Positions 38,666-48,443 of a stretch of 64,000 nucleotides of DNA are shown piece after piece (within the stretch, counting starts at the first letter, position 1; each line of letters starts with the position of its first letter). The position numbers and the translations under genes were made by a program. The notes beneath the pieces are model-generated. The model was not told where the DNA came from and did no database searches. It saw nothing but the letters and a program-made list of their open reading frames with translations. Source of the stretch: Pseudomonadota bacterium (lineage in GTDB: Bacteria; CALINM01); the NCBI GenBank assembly GCA_026418415.1, contig JAOABK010000001.1, positions 7,080 through 71,079 of the forward strand, read 5' to 3'.

Positions 38666-40333
38666 TTAATTCTTTCTACCAAATTTTTTTTCTAATTCAT
38701 CAAGTGTTATAGAGATGATGAAATTTCTGCCATGGGGGCAGAATGTTTCAATATCCTTATCTGTAAGTGATTGGAGTAGATATTCTATTTCCTCAATATT
38801 TAATTTTGTCGTTTTTTTAATGGCTTCTTTGCATGCTGAGATAGAAGACATTTTTTTTATAAAATCTTCTTCTCTTTTGAAAATATTTATATCATCAATG
38901 ATGCTGATAATTAAATCAATTGCAGTTTCAAAGGATAAAAAAGATGGTATTGCTGTTATAGCCAAACTCATTGGTCCGCTTTGTTCAAAGGAGTAGCCAA
39001 ATTTTTCAAGAAAATTTCTATGGGTTTCATAAATATGCATTTTACTTTCACTAATGTTTATAATGTAGGGAATTATTTTCTGAGAGTTTTTCCCCCCTTC
39101 TTTATAACTTTCTATAATTTTATTAAATATTAACCTTTCATGAGCAGCATGTTGGTCGATTATATATAGAGTTTTTTCTTTTTCTACTAATACATATCCA
39201 TTACAAAATGTGCCAATTATTTTACACTCATCATACTTATTTATTTCTTTAGAATAAAGATAAGGTAGAAAATCTTCTTTTTTTTCTTCAATTTTATATT
39301 CAGAAATATCTTTATTGATTTTTGGCAGTTCTTCTTTATTAACTTCAGGTACATAAAAGATCTCTTTTTTGCTTGCTTTCTCTAAAAGTTCTCTTAAAAG
39401 ATTATAGATATCATTGTATCTGTGAAATTTAACCTCTTTTTTTGTCGGATGGACATTTACATCAACTTCATTTGGTGGTATTTCAAGAAAAATAGCAACA
39501 AAGGGACTTCTTTTTCTTTGTTCTCCATAATAATCATTTAGGACTTTATAAAATAGCCTATCCTTTACGAATCTTCTATTTACAGAGAATATGTGAAAGT
39601 TTGACAAAGGTAAGTCTGGATAGGATATGTATACTTTTGCAGAATATTCATTATTTTGAATTTTGTAAGAATTTAATTTTCCGTATAGCGAGGGAAATAT
39701 TTGAAATATTCTTGTTTCAATAGAATCTGTTGAGTTTAAAAGTAGCAAAATTTTATTATTATCAGAAAAAATAATTTCAATCTCTGGATATAAAATTGCA
39801 ATACCTTCAATGTATTCCAATATTAGAGACTTTTCCCATAAAGCACTTTTTAAAAATTTCTTTCTTGCAGGTATATTTGCGAATAAATTTTTAACAATTA
39901 TATAAGTTCCATTACTTGTACCAACTTCTCTAATTATTGGTGAGCTACCATATGACGATTTTAATTCATATCCCTGCAATTCTTCCTTTGTTTTTGTTAA
40001 AATTGTTAATTCAGAAACTGCTGAAATACTATATAAAGCCTCACCTCTAAAGCCCAAGCTTGTTATATTGTAAAGATCTTCAACTCTTGATATTTTGCTG
40101 GTTGCGTGTTTATGTAAACATTTTTCCAAGTCATCTCTATCCATCCCTATACCATTGTCTTTTACCCAAATGGTTTTTTTACCTCCCTCTTCAATCCCAA
40201 TCTCAATTCTGGTTGAATTAGCATCGATTGAGTTTTCAACAAGTTCTTTAACAACCGATAGAGGCCTTTCTACTACTTCGCCAGCTGATATGGCAGAAGC
40301 GATTTCTTCATTTAAAAGTATTATTTTTCCCAT
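38666..40333 (-). CDS. mutL: DNA mismatch repair protein MutL
   Basis: GHKL ATPase motifs (ELVENSIDA, DNGIGM) and a C-terminal dimerisation domain. Start placed at the internal ATG (MGKIILL). Confidence 0.9.
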   Translation of the reverse strand: MGKIILLNEEIASAISAGEVVERPLSVVKELVENSIDANSTRIEIGIEEGGKKTIWVKDNGIGMDRDDLEKCLHKHATSKISRVEDLYNITSLGFRGEALYSISAVSELTILTKTKEELQGYELKSSYGSSPIIREVGTSNGTYIIVKNLFANIPARKKFLKSALWEKSLILEYIEGIAILYPEIEIIFSDNNKILLLLNSTDSIETRIFQIFPSLYGKLNSYKIQNNEYSAKVYISYPDLPLSNFHIFSVNRRFVKDRLFYKVLNDYYGEQRKRSPFVAIFLEIPPNEVDVNVHPTKKEVKFHRYNDIYNLLRELLEKASKKEIFYVPEVNKEELPKINKDISEYKIEEKKEDFLPYLYSKEINKYDECKIIGTFCNGYVLVEKEKTLYIIDQHAAHERLIFNKIIESYKEGGKNSQKIIPYIINISESKMHIYETHRNFLEKFGYSFEQSGPMSLAITAIPSFLSFETAIDLIISIIDDINIFKREEDFIKKMSSISACKEAIKKTTKLNIEEIEYLLQSLTDKDIETFCPHGRNFIISITLDELEKKFGRKN

Positions 40334-40334
40334 G

Positions 40335-42008
40335 TTACTCCCAGTTTTCCCAAGTTTTTTTTGCTCGATTGTATAGATAAAGACAAGACAAGACACTTAT
40401 AAATAATAAAAATGCGTAACTAATTATAAAGTTTAAGTAACTAATAGTTTGGGCAAAAAGTTTATTTTTCAGATAACTATAAACTGGACCTGCTTGGATA
40501 ACAATGCTGAGTCCAATATATAGCATGCTAAAGAGCATGTAGGTTATTCCACCGTAACTAAAGGAAATCTCTGTTACATTAGAAAATTTAAAATGGGGGT
40601 AAATAATACTAAATGATAAACCAAAGAATGTTAAGACAGCAGTCATTGTTAGCACATTAATAACCGTGAACAAATACATAAAACTATCAACATTTAAAAG
40701 TTTATTTGAAAATAGGGAAAGTAAAATTCCAAATATCAAAAGTGGTATAAAATATAATAAGAATTTAGATAAAAAGATTTGATGCATTTCTATGGGGAAG
40801 CTTTTTACTATCCACATTACCTTGCCTTCTTGTGAAAAGCTTGGAAATACAAAACGATTAATAAGTGAGGCAAGTATGAATTCAAGAATTCCGATATTGA
40901 AAAAGGCTACCATATTCATAGTTATTGCATGTTTTATAGGTAAGCTTTTTACACTGAAAAGATATACAAAAACAAGACCTACCAGTAGTAAGAGTTGACT
41001 CCATTGTCCTGTATCTCTTGCTATTTCTTTTAAATCTTTAAGAAAAAACTGTCTTATTCCATTAGAAAAGGGAATTATTTTAGCAATTATATCTAATTTA
41101 CTGCCTTTTATTTCTTTTTTTATAAAATCAGATTTTGCCCTTGAAAAAGAATAGGTATAAATTTTATTAGAGATGATAATAAAAATAAGAAAACATAATA
41201 TTGTAAATAAAAATAACATTAAAAGATAAATTAAATATTGATTTGCATTTTTATCAAAGGTTAATGCTGAAAAGCCCTTTGTAATCCAAGTGGAAGGAAG
41301 AAAAGGATATTCTGGTGTTTCAAGTCCCTTCAAGAATTTCATAAATTCTTGATCTGGTATTGGTCGGAATAGTCTTTCAGGTCTTATTAATCTGATTACT
41401 ATGAATATAAATGCAATAAAAATTGCAGAAATACTCCAAAGTATTTGGTGGGCTCTCTTTGCAGGAAAGTAATTAACTATGAAAAGGGTAATTAAACAAC
41501 CGAGTGCTGAGAGAGATAAAAATAAAAAGAGATATAGCAAGAATATTAAAAAAAGGTTGTACTTTGAAAAACTGAAACTTTCAAAAAGAGCATAGTAAAA
41601 TGGAATCATGGCGAAAATCACCATCCATGAGCTCGTTATAGTAGTTTGTAAATATCTTGATATTATTAATCTCTTATTGTTTAAAGGATATGAAAGTAGT
41701 AATTCTAAATCTTCGGAAACATAAAAGTAGTATATTGAATTTGTTAAATTACTAAAAAAAAGCATAGAGAGAAAAGTCAGATTCATAATATTAACAAGCT
41801 GGATTGTTAGATGTTTTGATAAAAATTCTACTTCTATTTTAAGGTAATTAAAAATTTTCAAAAAAAATCTATACTCTCCAAAGAAAAAAAGTATAGCCAA
41901 AAAAAGTAAGATGAAGATCTTTAGTCGTTTGTCAGAACTTTTGTTAAGGAAATTATTTTTAAGCATTAATAATCTATATTTGTAATTCATAAGTATTATT
42001 TTATTCAT
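40335..42008 (-). CDS. Polytopic integral membrane protein of unknown function (possible ABC-exporter-like permease)
   Basis: 557 aa with more than ten hydrophobic helices. No catalytic motif recognised. Confidence 0.4.
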   Translation of the reverse strand: MNKIILMNYKYRLLMLKNNFLNKSSDKRLKIFILLFLAILFFFGEYRFFLKIFNYLKIEVEFLSKHLTIQLVNIMNLTFLSMLFFSNLTNSIYYFYVSEDLELLLSYPLNNKRLIISRYLQTTITSSWMVIFAMIPFYYALFESFSFSKYNLFLIFLLYLFLFLSLSALGCLITLFIVNYFPAKRAHQILWSISAIFIAFIFIVIRLIRPERLFRPIPDQEFMKFLKGLETPEYPFLPSTWITKGFSALTFDKNANQYLIYLLMLFLFTILCFLIFIIISNKIYTYSFSRAKSDFIKKEIKGSKLDIIAKIIPFSNGIRQFFLKDLKEIARDTGQWSQLLLLVGLVFVYLFSVKSLPIKHAITMNMVAFFNIGILEFILASLINRFVFPSFSQEGKVMWIVKSFPIEMHQIFLSKFLLYFIPLLIFGILLSLFSNKLLNVDSFMYLFTVINVLTMTAVLTFFGLSFSIIYPHFKFSNVTEISFSYGGITYMLFSMLYIGLSIVIQAGPVYSYLKNKLFAQTISYLNFIISYAFLLFISVLSCLYLYNRAKKTWENWE

Positions 42009-42075
42009 TTATATTTTTTTTAAAAACAAAATAAAAGTTTATTTTTTATAGAAAATTTCAAGTATAATTCTAAAA

Positions 42076-43212
42076 ATGAGATTTTTTGATAATATAATTG
42101 AAGGAATCTTTCTCTCAAGAAGAAATAGATTTGTCATAGAATGCCTGATTAATGGTATAAAAACAGAAGCTTATTTACCTAATCCTGGCAGATTGGTAGA
42201 GTTGTTATACAGAGGTGTAAAAATTTATTTGACTAAAGATCTTAATTTGGGAAAATTGAGATTTACTGTTATTGGTGTTAAGAAAGGCGATGACAATGTT
42301 ATGTTACATACCCATGTTTCAAACAAAGTTTTCAAGTATTTATTGGAAAAAAAGTTGTTAAGAGATTTAAAGGATTTTAAAATTCTTCACGAAGAATATA
42401 AGTATAATAACTCGCGATTCGATTTTTTATTGGAAGGTAAGTGTGATAAGAAGGTTGTCGAGGTTAAAACTTGTACACTCTATTACGATAATATAGCAAT
42501 GTTTCCAGATGCAGAGACTAAAAGAGGAACTAAACATCTAATTGAATTATCAAAAGTAAATGGTGCTATCGTTTTTTTAGTTCAATCAAAAAATGTTGAT
42601 TATTTTTTGCCTGAATTTAATATCGATTTTCAATTTGCAAATACTTTAATGAAATTAAAAGATAAAATCTTTGTTAAGGCATATGCAATAGAATGGAATA
42701 ATGATTTTTCTCTAAATCAAAATATTAAAGAATTAAAAATACCCTGGAGAATATTAGAGAATCATTTGGTTGATAGTGGCAGTTACTTCTTGATATTCAA
42801 GCTTAATGAAAACAAAAACATAAAAATTGGTGAAAGAGGTGATATCTTTTTTAAGGAAGGTTACTATATCTATGTTGGTTCTGGTAAAAAAAATTTAAAA
42901 AAAAGAATAGAAAGGCATAGAAGGATAAAAAAGAAAAAATTTTGGCACGTAGATTACTTCAGAGAAAATGCAATTTATTTAACATCAATAATTTTTAGAA
43001 CTCAGAAAGATTTAGAGTGTGAGCTTGCGAAAAAATTATTACAAGTTGCAGATTGGTCTATTAATGGTTTTGGTGCTTCAGATTGTGGGTGTGATACTCA
43101 TATGTTTGGGTTTTATAATAATCCCCTTGATTATGAGAATTTTAGGCAAGTGGTATTTCATTACAGAATAGGTATATTAAAGGAAGAGATTAATAATGGA
43201 CTTGAAATGTAG
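42076..43212 (+). CDS. sfsA: SfsA-family nuclease-like protein fused to C-terminal DUF123 (GIY-YIG-like) domain
   Basis: The N-terminal ~230 aa align to SfsA (RFVIECLING...AYLPNPGRL; FPDAETKRGTKHLIEL). The C-terminal ~140 aa carry the DUF123 signature GYYIYVGSGKKNLKKRIERHRR...FWHVDYF. Confidence 0.65.
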   Translation: MRFFDNIIEGIFLSRRNRFVIECLINGIKTEAYLPNPGRLVELLYRGVKIYLTKDLNLGKLRFTVIGVKKGDDNVMLHTHVSNKVFKYLLEKKLLRDLKDFKILHEEYKYNNSRFDFLLEGKCDKKVVEVKTCTLYYDNIAMFPDAETKRGTKHLIELSKVNGAIVFLVQSKNVDYFLPEFNIDFQFANTLMKLKDKIFVKAYAIEWNNDFSLNQNIKELKIPWRILENHLVDSGSYFLIFKLNENKNIKIGERGDIFFKEGYYIYVGSGKKNLKKRIERHRRIKKKKFWHVDYFRENAIYLTSIIFRTQKDLECELAKKLLQVADWSINGFGASDCGCDTHMFGFYNNPLDYENFRQVVFHYRIGILKEEINNGLEM

Positions 43213-43236
43213 TGGTTTTTAATATAATCTTACATC

Positions 43237-44367
43237 ATGAAAACAGCTTTTATTTATACTGATGAGCTTGCAAAATTTAAATATAGTGATACCCATCCAC
43301 TAAAACCTTTTAGATTAAAACTTACTTATGAGCTTATAAAAGCCTATGGCCTCGATGACATTGATAATTCAATATTTAAAAAACCAAAAATAGTTAATGA
43401 AGAGATTTTATTGAAGGTACATACTCACGACTATCTTGATGTATTGAAGACCTTAAATTCTGGCATTGATGTTCCTTACGCATCACATTTTGGTTTAGGT
43501 TATGGAGATAATCCGATATTTAATGGTATGTATGATTGGTCTATGTTGGTTACAAGTGCAACTGTTGAGGCTGCAAATATAATATTAAGTAATGAAGCCA
43601 ACATCGCTTTTAACATTTCTGGAGGTCTTCACCATGCATTACCTAATAAAGCATCGGGTTTTTGTTATATCAATGATATTGCTGTAGCAATAAAATATTT
43701 AATTGATCAGGGGAAAAGGGTCGTATATCTTGATATTGATGCCCATCATGGAGATGGTGTTCAGCATATTTTTTATGATACAAATCGAGTTTTGAAGATT
43801 TCAATACACGAGACTGGTTATTACCTTTTTCCAGGCACAGGGTTTGTAGAAGAGATGGGAGAAAAAGAGGGATATGGATACTCAGTAAATGTTCCATTAC
43901 CACCTTATAGTGATGATGAGGTTTTTCATTACGCATTTGATAAAGTAGTTCCAGAGTGTATTGATAGATTTAAACCAGATATTATTGTTACACAATTAGG
44001 AGTAGATACGCTTTATGACGACCCACTTGCCCATCTTAACTATTCGATTTATGGGTTTTCATCTGCAGTAGAAAAGATAAAAAATTTGGGGATACCCTGG
44101 ATTGCACTTGGTGGTGGTGGATATGACATTGCAAGTGTAGCAAAGGCATGGACTGTAGCATGGGCTGTCATGAACAATAAGGACTTGAACAAGAACATAC
44201 CTGAAGATTTCATGAAAACTTATGGGAAATATGGGTTTGAGAATGATGATCTTTTTGGTCCAAGATATGAATTAGTAGAAGAACAAAAAAAGAAAGTATT
44301 GGAGATTTTAGATAGAGAGATAACTTTTATCCATAAAAAGATTATGCCCCTGATTAAGGATAGATAA
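43237..44367 (+). CDS. Histone deacetylase-family protein (AcuC / acetylpolyamine amidohydrolase-like)
   Basis: HDAC motifs GGLHHA, GFCYINDIA, DIDAHHGDG and the GGGGY loop. Confidence 0.8.
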   Translation: MKTAFIYTDELAKFKYSDTHPLKPFRLKLTYELIKAYGLDDIDNSIFKKPKIVNEEILLKVHTHDYLDVLKTLNSGIDVPYASHFGLGYGDNPIFNGMYDWSMLVTSATVEAANIILSNEANIAFNISGGLHHALPNKASGFCYINDIAVAIKYLIDQGKRVVYLDIDAHHGDGVQHIFYDTNRVLKISIHETGYYLFPGTGFVEEMGEKEGYGYSVNVPLPPYSDDEVFHYAFDKVVPECIDRFKPDIIVTQLGVDTLYDDPLAHLNYSIYGFSSAVEKIKNLGIPWIALGGGGYDIASVAKAWTVAWAVMNNKDLNKNIPEDFMKTYGKYGFENDDLFGPRYELVEEQKKKVLEILDREITFIHKKIMPLIKDR

Positions 44368-45407
44368 TGAGTAAAAATCTCATGCCCTTCGAAGGAAACT
44401 TAATGACGACGGGAATGGGGATACTGCCTCACAAAGATTTGGACAGAGCTCTTAAAATATCAATGTCTGTTGATATTCCCTTTTGGCCACAGTTACCAAA
44501 AATGAGTTTTTTTGAAGATATGTATGTTCAAGCCTCTGAAAATTTTCCTGGAATTATACTTGAGCCTGAAAACCTTAATATATATTTTGATACCGCAAAG
44601 TTCTACTCTCAATTGGAGAATACTCTATTAAATTTTGAAAATCCTGATTTTTTTAAAATGTCTCCTCAATATTCTGCAACCTATCATGCCTTTCTGGGAT
44701 TTGACCTTTCAAAATATGCTTCTATAAGAGGACAGTTGGAAGGCCCAGTAAGTTTTGGTCTAAAAGTATTAGATGAAAATAAGAAACCAATAATATTCAA
44801 TGAAGAAGTTAGATCAATTCTGTTTGATTTCATGGCGAGAAAAGCTAATGTACAACTGCAAGAGCTAAAAGATAAAAATCCAAGAGCTTTCTTATTTATA
44901 GATGAGCCTGGTTTACAATATATATTTAGTAGTGTTTCAGGTTATACAAATGATATGGCAAAGAGAGATTTTGAAATTTTCTTTAATCAGATAGAGCATC
45001 CAAGAGGTATACATCTTTGTGGAAATCCCGATTGGGATTTTCTGCTCAATCTTGATATAGATATTCTTTCTTTTAATGCTTATAACTGTGGAGAAATATT
45101 TGTAAAATATAAGGCGAGCATAAAAAGATTTCTTAAAAGAGGGGGCATAATAGGTTGGGGATTAGTTCCAGCAAATTATGAAGAGTTTCAAAAGGAAAAC
45201 AAAGAGCATCTTATTCATCATATTGAAAATTTGTGGGGGGAACTGGTTAAAGAAGGTTTTGATTTGAAAGAGGTGTTGACTAAAAGTATCCTAATGCCAG
45301 CGACATGTGCACTTTTAAATCCCGATGAATTTAAAACTGTAGAAGAAGCTTATAATTGGCTTAATAATCTATCCCATAAATTAAGAGAGAAATATAAAAT
45401 TGTGTGA
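44367..45407 (+). CDS. MetE-C-terminal/UroD-like TIM-barrel protein (putative Zn-dependent methyltransferase)
   Basis: MTTGMGILP resembles the MetE TTTIGSFP motif, and IHLCGN plus ATCA suggest His/Cys Zn ligands. 1-nt overlap with the upstream HDAC-like gene. Confidence 0.4.
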   Translation: MSKNLMPFEGNLMTTGMGILPHKDLDRALKISMSVDIPFWPQLPKMSFFEDMYVQASENFPGIILEPENLNIYFDTAKFYSQLENTLLNFENPDFFKMSPQYSATYHAFLGFDLSKYASIRGQLEGPVSFGLKVLDENKKPIIFNEEVRSILFDFMARKANVQLQELKDKNPRAFLFIDEPGLQYIFSSVSGYTNDMAKRDFEIFFNQIEHPRGIHLCGNPDWDFLLNLDIDILSFNAYNCGEIFVKYKASIKRFLKRGGIIGWGLVPANYEEFQKENKEHLIHHIENLWGELVKEGFDLKEVLTKSILMPATCALLNPDEFKTVEEAYNWLNNLSHKLREKYKIV

Positions 45408-45506
45408 TTTTTTACGATAAATTTACATTTTTATAATTTTTTTTTAAATTTGTTTTCAGTTTAAGGTAGGGATTTGATTAAACGTTATATAAACAAATTT
45501 TATCTC

Positions 45507-45536
45507 TTGAATTATATTTTTTTAAAATAGTATACT
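45507..45536 (+). promoter_or_regulatory. Putative sigma70 promoter (TTGAAT-N18-TATACT) for the cytochrome/porin operon
   Basis: -35 at 45507-45512 and -10 at 45531-45536, ~20 nt upstream of the AAAGGA ribosome-binding site and ATG 45558. Confidence 0.35.
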
Positions 45537-45557
45537 TACACAAAAAGGCTAAAGGAT

Positions 45558-46559
45558 ATGAAAATACAAAACTTTTTTTTCTTAATAATCTTTTCAGTAA
45601 TTTTGAGTTGCAGTTATTTGACGGAATCAAAGCCATTATTGAAACAATCTGAGATTGAGAAATTAATCGCTGGAAGAATTGATGCAGAATATATTGGGAC
45701 AGATAATTGTTTAAAAAACTGCCATGAAAAGGGAAATGAACACAAAAAGTTGGCAGATTATTTTAAGAAAAGTGTTCATGCAGAACAAATTAATATAGAT
45801 ACACACCTTCCTCTTGTTAATTGTGAAACATGCCATGGACCTGGTAGCATTGCTGTTGAAAACATAAAGGAAGTCAATGGAAAAAAACAGTGCGACTTTG
45901 ATAGTCTAATTAATATAAAGAAGTTGCCAGCTGAGGCAAAAAATCTAATATGTCTTAAATGTCATACAAAAGCCTCTTCACCTAATCTTGCTATGTGGAG
46001 AGGTTCTAAACATGATTTAGCTGGGGTTTCATGTAGTGATTGTCACAAACTACACAAATCCCCTTTGCAAAAAGTTGAGCATAACCAGCAGATTGAGCTA
46101 TGTTTGGGATGTCATAAGAAAATAAAGGTAGAGATTTCAAGTTTATCAAAGCATCCATTTCATGAAAGAAAAATTATCTGTACAGATTGTCACAACCCCC
46201 ATGGAAGCTTTACAAATAATCTTTTAAAAAAGGAGTCTCTTAGAGAAACTTGTGCTAATTGCCATACTGAAAAAGCTGGTCCCTATATTTTTGAGCATGC
46301 TGATTTGATGGATGATTGTAGTAACTGTCACGTTCCACATGGTTCGGTTAATGATAATCTTCTAAAAGTCAAAGAACCTATATTATGTTTAAGATGTCAT
46401 GAAGGTCATCATTCTTTTAGAAGTACTGCATTAAGCCCTGTCAATAAATTAAAATACTATAATAGATGTACTGACTGTCATCTATCAATTCACGGGACAG
46501 ACACTCCTTCTGGTTCAGCCACAACGTTGCCAAAGAATCAAGGGAGGATGTTAAGGTAG
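45558..46559 (+). CDS. Decaheme c-type cytochrome, MtrA/DmsE/PioA-like (periplasmic/lipoprotein)
   Basis: 333 aa with signal peptide and possible lipobox ILSC. Exactly 10 CxxCH motifs: CLKNCH, CETCH, CLKCH, CSDCH, CLGCH, CTDCH, CANCH, CSNCH, CLRCH, CTDCH. Confidence 0.85.
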   Translation: MKIQNFFFLIIFSVILSCSYLTESKPLLKQSEIEKLIAGRIDAEYIGTDNCLKNCHEKGNEHKKLADYFKKSVHAEQINIDTHLPLVNCETCHGPGSIAVENIKEVNGKKQCDFDSLINIKKLPAEAKNLICLKCHTKASSPNLAMWRGSKHDLAGVSCSDCHKLHKSPLQKVEHNQQIELCLGCHKKIKVEISSLSKHPFHERKIICTDCHNPHGSFTNNLLKKESLRETCANCHTEKAGPYIFEHADLMDDCSNCHVPHGSVNDNLLKVKEPILCLRCHEGHHSFRSTALSPVNKLKYYNRCTDCHLSIHGTDTPSGSATTLPKNQGRMLR

Positions 46560-46565
46560 GGATTT

Positions 46566-48443
46566 ATGAAAAAAAATATCATTCTGGTTTTTTTAATATT
46601 TTTTACATCAAATGTAGTATTAGCAGAAGATATTGTTTATAGAGAGTTTTATTTTGAAACTGGATACAAATTTTATTCAGTAGACGGTGCTGTTGACTTA
46701 GTCAATGAATATAAAGCTTCTCGTTCTTCGCCTTATTTCTCATTAACTTATAAAGATCTCTCTCCAAACGATAAAATAATGTTCGATGCATTAATTAATG
46801 AAAAAGATAATAGAAATATTGATTTACACTATATACACAAGGATTTGCTTAATATTGAATTTAGTAATCGCTCATTAGTACATAATTTAGATCACAAATT
46901 ACTTTTATATCACCCTGAAAAATATGATTTAAATCCTTCCACAAATTACAGGCTTGATTTTTTAAAAAACTATTTCTCTACAAAATATAAACCCTTTAAT
47001 TATCCCTTTCATTTAAAACTGATAATTGAAGATATTGAAAGAGATGGGACGGTACAAAAAATATTTTATGGAGCGAGAAGTTTGGACTTGAATATACTTT
47101 CTTTACCTCCAAACCTAAGAAACAACATCTTTTCGAGGGATAGGCAAATAGGTTTTGAAACAGAAAGAATTATAGCAACAATCGATGGAATTTTAGGAGG
47201 AGTTGGATTAGTTTTTGATCTCACATCTGAAAATTTTACTAACAAACATCATAATTCTCTTGATTATTTATTAAATTATCCAACAATAAATAAAAATGCT
47301 TATGAGTTGAAATTATATAGTAATCTTACCGGTCAGTTGAGTTGGGCTCTTGCTTTAAATCGCAGGGATGCAAAAAATCATAATAGAGATGAAATAGGAA
47401 GAGAAGGGGCAAGTGTAACCCAAACAGATACTGTAGCTACAGTTACTTATTATCCAAAGAAAAATTTAAAATTTACTTTAAAAGTTGGTTACTTAGATAG
47501 GGATCAGGATAATCCAGATACCGTGAGGTTTTTAAATAATGATATAGTTGGTATTAAGGATGCGGTGTCCTATTCTAAGAAAACGGCTGATTTTTCAGCA
47601 TGGTATGAAATATCATCCAAAGCAATTTTAAAATTAAATTTAAAAAGAAAGGAAATAGAAAGAAGCTTCAATTATTTTACACTACCGGAGTATTCTCATA
47701 CAAATACAGGTGTCTTGTCTTTAGAAGGCAGGTTAAATAAAAATTTTTCTTATAAACTTATACAGAAGGTCGAAAATAATCATAATCCATCATATAAAAA
47801 AATGCCCGAGATGCTTTACTCCACAGCAGTTAATCTTAACTATGATTTTAATATATTTTCAGGTATTTACTTACAAAGTGAGTATTTAATGTCAGAAAAT
47901 AATTCTGATATTGGATATTTTCGTAGAAGTAGGGAACACAAACACTTCTTGAACTGTTGGATTAATATAAGCGATGATTTAAATTTAAATTTATATGGTT
48001 ATTATAACAGTGAAAAATTCATATCAAATATTCAGTATGGTAGTTCAAACCCAACGTTTTTTTTAGATAAAGATGTTCCATACTCTTTTACGCTTTACCA
48101 AACAGGGCTAAATATTAGTAAGATTATAAATAAAAAACACAATTTATATGGAGACGTTAGTTATGTTCGTGGATATGGTACTTATTATCCCCATCTCTTT
48201 ATAGGAACAGTTACTAATCCAGGACCACCATTAGTAACTTATAATTTCAATACTTTAGGTTTAGATAGTTTGGCTTCTACGGATTTTTATCAATATGGAA
48301 TTTTATTGGGAAATAGTTATTCAATTGGAAAAAGATCAAGGGTTAGATTAGAAGCAAGCTTGAAGGATCATGTAGATAAAACCAATTATCCTAAAGAGGG
48401 AACTGTTAAGATGGTTTTTGTATCCTGGGAAATGAAATGGTAA
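46566..48443 (+). CDS. Outer-membrane beta-barrel protein, MtrB/PioB-like porin partner of the decaheme cytochrome
   Basis: 625 aa with signal peptide (VVLA-ED), alternating hydrophobic/Tyr-rich strand patterns, and a C-terminal OMP signature ...VFVSWEMKW. It begins 7 nt after the cytochrome stop. Confidence 0.7.
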   Translation: MKKNIILVFLIFFTSNVVLAEDIVYREFYFETGYKFYSVDGAVDLVNEYKASRSSPYFSLTYKDLSPNDKIMFDALINEKDNRNIDLHYIHKDLLNIEFSNRSLVHNLDHKLLLYHPEKYDLNPSTNYRLDFLKNYFSTKYKPFNYPFHLKLIIEDIERDGTVQKIFYGARSLDLNILSLPPNLRNNIFSRDRQIGFETERIIATIDGILGGVGLVFDLTSENFTNKHHNSLDYLLNYPTINKNAYELKLYSNLTGQLSWALALNRRDAKNHNRDEIGREGASVTQTDTVATVTYYPKKNLKFTLKVGYLDRDQDNPDTVRFLNNDIVGIKDAVSYSKKTADFSAWYEISSKAILKLNLKRKEIERSFNYFTLPEYSHTNTGVLSLEGRLNKNFSYKLIQKVENNHNPSYKKMPEMLYSTAVNLNYDFNIFSGIYLQSEYLMSENNSDIGYFRRSREHKHFLNCWINISDDLNLNLYGYYNSEKFISNIQYGSSNPTFFLDKDVPYSFTLYQTGLNISKIINKKHNLYGDVSYVRGYGTYYPHLFIGTVTNPGPPLVTYNFNTLGLDSLASTDFYQYGILLGNSYSIGKRSRVRLEASLKDHVDKTNYPKEGTVKMVFVSWEMKW

